From contig CAVVHE010000004.1 of assembly GCA_963748015.1 (NCBI GenBank), forward strand, positions 928,001 through 992,000: 64,000 bases of DNA, read 5' to 3'. Under the pieces are notes generated by a model. That model searched no databases. It was not told the origin of the DNA and saw nothing but the letters and a program-made list of their open reading frames with translations. A program made the translations under genes and the position numbers. The stretch comes from Terriglobia bacterium (lineage in GTDB: Bacteria > Acidobacteriota > Polarisedimenticolia > Polarisedimenticolales > JAIQFR01). Shown piece by piece: positions 61,173-64,000 of this stretch; the stretch's first letter is position 1, and each line of letters opens with the position of its first letter.

Positions 61173-61937
61173 ATGGCTGCGATGACGATCGCGATCGCGA
61201 ACCAGAAAGGCGGAGTCGGGAAGACCACCACAGCGATCAATCTCGCCGCCGCGCTTGCCCAGAAAGAGCTCAAGACCCTGCTCGTGGACCTCGACCCGCA
61301 GGGTAACGCAACGCTATCGTTCATCGATCCCGGCGACCTCACGCACTCGGTGTACGACCTTCTCGTGAACCCCGAGATCGGCCTCCCGGAGGTCGTCCGA
61401 AATACCAAGCTCGAGCACCTGGACGTCGTGCCCGCCCGCATCTCCCTCGCCAAGGCGGAGGTCAAGCTGGTGGGGGAGTTCGACAGCCATTTCCGACTCA
61501 AGGACAAGCTCGAGCCCTATCGAGGACTCTACGAGTACATCGTCATCGACACCCCGCCCACCCTTGGCATTCTCACCGTCAACGCCCTGGTGGCCGCGAC
61601 GCACCTCATGGTCCCGATCCAGTCGTCCTACTTCGCCCTCGAAGGGACCGACGATCTTCTCGAGACCTATCAGAAGATCCGGTCGCGCCCCAACCCCGAT
61701 CTTCAGTTCCTCGGCGTCGTGATCACGCTTCACGACCGCCGAACCGTTCTCGCCAAGGACATCAAGCGCCAGATCCGGGAAGTGTTCGGCGAGAAGGTCT
61801 TCAAGACCACGATTTCCAAGAGCGTTCGTCTCGAGGAGAGCCCGGCCTACAAACAGAGCATCTTCACTTTTGCCCCCAGCTCGAGTGGCGCGATCGAGTA
61901 CTACAGCCTCTCGGAGGAGGTCATCGGCCGTGTCTAA
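61173..61937 (+). CDS. parA: ParA/Soj-family ATPase
   Basis: NQKGGVGKTT, DLDPQGN, IDTPP, VRLEESP. Confidence 0.93.
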   Translation: MAAMTIAIANQKGGVGKTTTAINLAAALAQKELKTLLVDLDPQGNATLSFIDPGDLTHSVYDLLVNPEIGLPEVVRNTKLEHLDVVPARISLAKAEVKLVGEFDSHFRLKDKLEPYRGLYEYIVIDTPPTLGILTVNALVAATHLMVPIQSSYFALEGTDDLLETYQKIRSRPNPDLQFLGVVITLHDRRTVLAKDIKRQIREVFGEKVFKTTISKSVRLEESPAYKQSIFTFAPSSSGAIEYYSLSEEVIGRV

Positions 61938-62874
61938 GTTCCGCGGATTGCCTCAAGAAAAGCACATGCGCCACGACACCCACTTCGTCGAGGAAGTGAC
62001 CTCCGGGCGTACGGAGTCGGTCGGCCGCATGATCGACGTCTCCAGGATCGAGCCGAATCCCAACCAGCCCCGCAAGGAGTTCGGCGACCTCACCGACATG
62101 GTCGCCTCGATCAAGGAGAAGGGGATCCTCGAGCCGATCCTCGTGCGGAGCAACGGCGCGAAGTACCAGATCATCGCCGGCGAGCGTCGCTTCCAGGCAG
62201 CGAAGATCGCGGGCCTTCGGACCGTCCCTTGCGTCGAGCTCGACGTGGACCTGCGGGGCATGCTCGAGATCTCGCTGATCGAGAATCTCCAGCGGAAGGA
62301 CCTTCACCCTTTCGAGGAGGCCGAGGCGATTCAGAGCCTCAGCGATCAGTTCAGGTACAAGCATGAGGAGATTGCCAGGAAGCTTGGCAAGTCCCGAACC
62401 GTGATCACCGAGGCGCTGAGCCTCTGCCGAATTCCCGAGGAAGTGCGCGAGAGATGTCGGCAGGCCGACATCACGAGCAAGTCCATGCTTCTCCAGATCG
62501 CCCGGCAGTCGACTCCCGAAGCGATGAACAAGCTCATCGACCGCATCAGCGGGGACGGGATGACCAGGGACGAGGCGCGGCGCTTCAACAAGGGGGGCGG
62601 CGTCGCGACCGGGCGACGCGCTCGGCGGTACACCTACAAGTTCCAGCCCGAGGACTCCTCGTTCCGGTTCAGCATGACCTTCGACAAACCCAAGGTCGAG
62701 CGGGGCGAGGTCATCGAGCGACTCAAGGCAGTCCTTCAGCAGCTGATCGAGGAAGAGTTGACCGCGCGCGACGGAGCGGAGCCGGCCAGGACCGAGGATG
62801 CGGCGGCCGATTCCGTCGCCATGGTCATGGCATCCGCGCACCCTCGCAAGGCCCAAGACGAGATAGAGCACTGA
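61930..62874 (+). CDS. parB: ParB/Spo0J-family CTPase with divergent HTH region
   Basis: NPNQPRK, GILEPILVR, AGERR, IENLQR, EEIARKLGKSR. Confidence 0.9.
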   Translation: MSKFRGLPQEKHMRHDTHFVEEVTSGRTESVGRMIDVSRIEPNPNQPRKEFGDLTDMVASIKEKGILEPILVRSNGAKYQIIAGERRFQAAKIAGLRTVPCVELDVDLRGMLEISLIENLQRKDLHPFEEAEAIQSLSDQFRYKHEEIARKLGKSRTVITEALSLCRIPEEVRERCRQADITSKSMLLQIARQSTPEAMNKLIDRISGDGMTRDEARRFNKGGGVATGRRARRYTYKFQPEDSSFRFSMTFDKPKVERGEVIERLKAVLQQLIEEELTARDGAEPARTEDAAADSVAMVMASAHPRKAQDEIEH

Positions 62875-62993
62875 GCTCGGAGGGAGCTCGGGCTGGAGGA
62901 GTCGGGCCTTCCGACATCGCCAGAGCGGAGAAGGCGTCTTGGGTGCCCGGCGGAGCCGATTCCCGCCGTTTGACGGGCCCAGGGCTTTCTTCA

Positions 62994-63021
62994 GGTTTAC
63001 ATAATATACATTATCGGACAT
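62994..63021 (-). other. dif: dif site (XerC/XerD chromosome dimer resolution site)
   Basis: Minus strand ATGTCCGATAA-TGTATA-TTATGTAAACC vs E. coli dif GGTGCGCATAA-TGTATA-TTATGTTAAAT; intergenic AT-rich island; xerD in the window. Confidence 0.88.
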
Positions 63022-63099
63022 TGGCCGAATGCGGCCCGGAAGGCCCCGGTTCCTGAAACGCCGTCCCCCTCGACTGCCCTTTTCGTTTCCTAGCGTGCA

Positions 63100-63128
63100 T
63101 TGACACGCCACGTGCCCATTCCTAGACT
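63100..63128 (+). promoter_or_regulatory. sigma70 promoter for lptF, predicting a leaderless mRNA
   Basis: TTGACA-N17-TAGACT with 7 nt between the -10 and ATG 63136. Confidence 0.65.
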
Positions 63129-63135
63129 CCATCGA

Positions 63136-64000
63136 ATGCCCAAGACGAACCGGCTCTCGCGGCACGTTCTCCAGGAGTTCGTCGCTCCGACCCTCCTCGG
63201 GCTGCTCGTGTACGGGTTCGTCCTCCTCATGAACGCCTTCCTGCTGGTGGCCCGGGTCGCGCTCGCGAAGAACCTCGGTTTCGACACCGTCCTGCGCCTC
63301 TTCTCTCTAGAGATCCCCCAGCTCCTCGTCCTCGCGATCCCCATGGCGACCATCCTCGGGGTACTCATCGCTTTCGGGCGCCTCTCCGCCGATCACGAGA
63401 TCGTCGCCATGAACGGCGCAGGGCTCGGGCCGTGGTTTCTCCTCCGACCGGTGCTCCTCCTCGGGCTCTTCACCAGCCTGGTGTCGTTCTCGATCTACGC
63501 CGTGGTCGTTCCACGGGCCTCCTATGCATCCCGGGTACTCAACTCCCAGGTCCTCCTCACCGGGAGCATGGCGACCAACCTGGACCCGCGCGTCTTCTAT
63601 ACCGAGATCCCGGGATACGTCCTGTTCGCCGAGGACATACGCCCGGGCGCCGCGGGCCGCCTCGACGGGGTCTTCGTTCACGAGGCCAAGGGCGAGGGTG
63701 GCCAGAGCTACACGTTCTTCGCCCGCGAGGGCGACCTCTACCAGACCCGGGACGGCTCGGGGAAGCTGGTCGCGGATCTCCGAAAGGGCGTCGGCCTGAT
63801 CTACTCGGCGGACCACCCGGAGGTCTACAGGTCCATCGAGTTCGAGCGTTACCAGGTCCCCATCGATCCGCCTCCCTACCTGAAGGCCCTCTCGACGCCG
63901 CCCACTCCTTCGATCCAGAACATGCCCTTCACGGAGCTCTTCGGCGAGCTGCGCGAGGCGCGCGCGATGAAGGAGAAGGCTCTTCGCGACTACCGGACTC
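63136..64000 (+). CDS. lptF: LPS export permease LptF/LptG family (3' end outside window)
   Basis: MPKTNRLSRHVLQEFVAPTLLGLL..IPMATILGVLIAFGRLSADHEIVAMNGAG; translated by hand, absent from the ORF track because it has no stop in the window. Confidence 0.85.
   Translation, partial: MPKTNRLSRHVLQEFVAPTLLGLLVYGFVLLMNAFLLVARVALAKNLGFDTVLRLFSLEIPQLLVLAIPMATILGVLIAFGRLSADHEIVAMNGAGLGPWFLLRPVLLLGLFTSLVSFSIYAVVVPRASYASRVLNSQVLLTGSMATNLDPRVFYTEIPGYVLFAEDIRPGAAGRLDGVFVHEAKGEGGQSYTFFAREGDLYQTRDGSGKLVADLRKGVGLIYSADHPEVYRSIEFERYQVPIDPPPYLKALSTPPTPSIQNMPFTELFGELREARAMKEKALRDYRT

Noticed and set aside
60868..63021. parAB as an element integrated at dif (IMEX-like)
   Set aside because: No convincing second dif-like att site, rep gene or cargo upstream. 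Not fully excluded, since the region looks somewhat less GC-rich.

Overview
Gene-dense, very GC-rich bacterial chromosomal segment of core genes. The gene repertoire suggests a diderm such as Acidobacteriota or a Myxococcota-like lineage (inference only). I call 63 CDS (59 on +) and 3 tRNAs (Pro-GGG, Pro-CGG, Arg-CCT), and found no mobile element or CRISPR array. Contents in order: regulatory PTS (hprK-rapZ-EIIA-HPr-EI), surE-pcm, murJ-dtd-xerD, a DHH-CBS tRNA nucleotidyltransferase, accA, a DUF1844/TPR-Zn-finger/DUF4388-MshEN-GspG-like operon, dnaK-hsp20-hspR-sigma70, lpt-rpoN-hpf, a split B12 acyl-CoA mutase with isobutyryl-CoA-mutase residues, a RomR-like regulator before valS, nadC-birA-coaX, comEC, der, an MglA GTPase with a long tail, trpS-scpAB-rluB-rpsA-ihfB, miaB, parAB and lptF. 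The most notable feature is at the right end: a divergent parA-parB operon ends 119 bp from a near-canonical 28-bp dif (XerCD) site, so it appears to lie at the replication terminus rather than the origin. It has tandem NrdR-like boxes in its leader, an altered ParB DNA-recognition region and a non-canonical 16-bp palindrome inside parB. An unexplained tandem repeat/hairpin element lies upstream of comEC. Four genes (murJ, lptB, mglA-like, scpA) carry frameshifts that look like long-read homopolymer errors.
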